Part shown: positions 62,574 to 64,000 of the stretch, piece by piece
Numbering within the stretch: position 1 is the first letter of the stretch
Layout: each line of letters begins with the position of its first letter
Source of the DNA: an uncultured Gemmatimonadales bacterium
GTDB taxonomy: Bacteria > Gemmatimonadota > Gemmatimonadetes > Longimicrobiales > RSA9
DNA: 64,000 nt
Reading direction: 5' to 3'
Assembly: GCA_963798085.1 (NCBI GenBank)
Contig: CAWCRS010000008.1
Span: forward strand, 416,001 to 480,000
The notes under the pieces: generated by a model
The model's database searches: none
Seen by the model: the letters and a program-made list of their open reading frames with translations, nothing else
Told to the model about the DNA's origin: nothing
Program-made: the position numbers and the translations under genes

Positions 62574-63424
62574 GCGCGACGATGCGCTGCCGCAGCCTGC
62601 TCTTCGTCCCCGGGGACCGGCCCGACCGTCACGCGAAGGCACTGGCCGCAGGCGCGGACTTCGTGTGCATCGACCTCGAAGATGCCGTGGCGCCGCCGGC
62701 GAAGGACGCTGCGCGCGTCGTCGCCTGCGATCTGCTGCGAAACGAGCCCGCTAACGCCGCGTCAGTGGCGATCCGGGTCAACGACATCAAGACGCAGGCC
62801 GGTGTGCGCGACCTGCTCGCGCTCGGCGAGGCGGATACGCCGCCCGCTTTGCTGGTGCTGCCCAAGGTGCGCTCGGCCGCGGAGGTCGAGTGGGCGCGCG
62901 GTGTGCTGGATCCCCGCCTTCCCGTTCGCGGCATCATCGCCATCATCGAAACCGTGGAGGCGCTGGCGTGTGCTGGCGCTATCGCGCGCGCGGGTGCCGC
63001 CGCCCTGATCTTCGGCGGGACGGACCTGTCCGCGGAGCTGGGGTGCCGGCCGGAATGGGAGCCGCTGCTCTACGCACGTTCACGGGTGGTGCACGCGGCT
63101 GCGGGCGGTGGCATTCCGGCGATCGATGTGCCGCTGCTCGATTTCCAGAACACGGATCGGCTGCAGCAGGACTGCCGGCGTGCACGCGACCTCGGCTTCA
63201 GCGGCAAGGCCGCCATCCATCCGGCGCAGCTCGCGTTCATCCACGCCGCCTTCACACCCTCGGCGGCGGAGACGGCGTGGGCCCGGCGCGTACTGGAAGC
63301 CTCCGACCAGGCGCGCGGCGGCGTGGCGACACTGGACGGTCGCATGATCAATGCCGCGGTCGTCCGCTCGGCGCGGCGCATCCTCGCGCTCGCAGGCACG
63401 GATGCGAACAGCAGGACAGGTTGA
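62570..63424 (+). CDS. CitE/HpcH family CoA-ester lyase (citramalyl-CoA lyase-like)
   Basis: RSLLFVPGDRP, IDLEDAV, LPKV, IIET, FGGTDL, GFSGKAAIHPAQ. Confidence 0.88.
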   Translation: MSATMRCRSLLFVPGDRPDRHAKALAAGADFVCIDLEDAVAPPAKDAARVVACDLLRNEPANAASVAIRVNDIKTQAGVRDLLALGEADTPPALLVLPKVRSAAEVEWARGVLDPRLPVRGIIAIIETVEALACAGAIARAGAAALIFGGTDLSAELGCRPEWEPLLYARSRVVHAAAGGGIPAIDVPLLDFQNTDRLQQDCRRARDLGFSGKAAIHPAQLAFIHAAFTPSAAETAWARRVLEASDQARGGVATLDGRMINAAVVRSARRILALAGTDANSRTG

Positions 63425-63510
63425 CCCGGGAGCGACAGCCGTGATCTCGCGCTAACGGGGGATTATCGTTTCGAGTTGAACTGCGGACGCGCATCGTTCA
63501 GAAGCCCTGG

Positions 63511-63692
63511 CGAACGCCGGGTCCGGTTGGTGGCGCTACCGCCAACGCATTGCTCGTCGAGCGCTGACCGGGACCGCATCACCGTGCGGGTCGTCTGCGA
63601 ACGCCGGGTCTGGGGTGGTGCTACCGCTACCAGATTGCTCGTCGCGCGCTGACCGAGACCGCCTCACCGTGGGGTCTGCGCGCAACGCGGGT
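63511..63692. repeat. Degenerate tandem duplication of about 87 bp (2 copies plus the start of a third)
   Basis: Units start at 63511 and 63598 (CGAACGCCGGGTC...GCTACCGC...ATTGCTCGTCG.GCGCTGACCG.GACCGC.TCACCGTG); a third CGCAACGCGGGT starts at 63681. Confidence 0.8.
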
Positions 63693-63860
63693 GGCATCGA
63701 ACACTGGAAGCCCGACGCCGACGCCGACTGCAAGCTAGTGCTGCTGCCGCCGTGCGCTTCGCGGCGATTCCGTTCAGCGGCGCCGCTGGAACGAGCCGCT
63801 CCGGCAACACAGCCCCGACGACGAGGCTGCGCGACTCCTGACCCCAACCATGATCCCGGG

Positions 63861-64000
63861 ATGACTGGCGACACGCAACCAGAGCTGCGCGACTGGATCG
63901 GGCGCACGCAAACCGAGCACGACGAGCTGGCGCTGTTTCCGGCGCGTGGCATGGCGGCGCTGCTGGACCGCGCTCCGGACGAGTTCGTGCGCGGTGCGCC
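63861..64000 (+). CDS. MaoC-type hydratase (itaconyl-CoA/mesaconyl-C4-CoA hydratase-like), 5' part only
   Basis: MTGDTQPELRDWIGRTQTEHDELALFPARGMAALLD fits the N-terminus of this family; runs off the window. Confidence 0.7.
   Translation, partial: MTGDTQPELRDWIGRTQTEHDELALFPARGMAALLDRAPDEFVRGA

Overview
GC-rich (roughly 65-70% by eye) bacterial chromosomal window. The gene content (four ADOP duplicated ABC permeases, three PadR regulators, a GWxTD protein, TonB-dependent receptors, many secreted peptidases) suggests Gemmatimonadota or Acidobacteriota; this is inference. About 50 CDSs. I recognised no rRNA, tRNA, CRISPR array, integrase or transposase. Modules: a C39-peptidase/RLAN-RimK ATP-grasp/diheme cytochrome c/GCS2 ligase operon; a Rox-like flavin monooxygenase preceded by a rifamycin-associated-element-like palindrome and a coupled leader ORF; an ApbE-DUF2271-PepSY flavinylation cluster; PadR-ADOP pairs, two with visible operators; a LytS/LytTR pair; and the start of an itaconate/C5-dicarboxylate-type catabolic cluster. 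The most unexplained signal is a dispersed interrupted palindrome, TAAC-N5-(G/A)TTA, found across the whole window both inside and between genes. Four genes carry single-base-type frameshifts that may be assembly errors. All product calls come from motif recognition by eye; no database searches were run.
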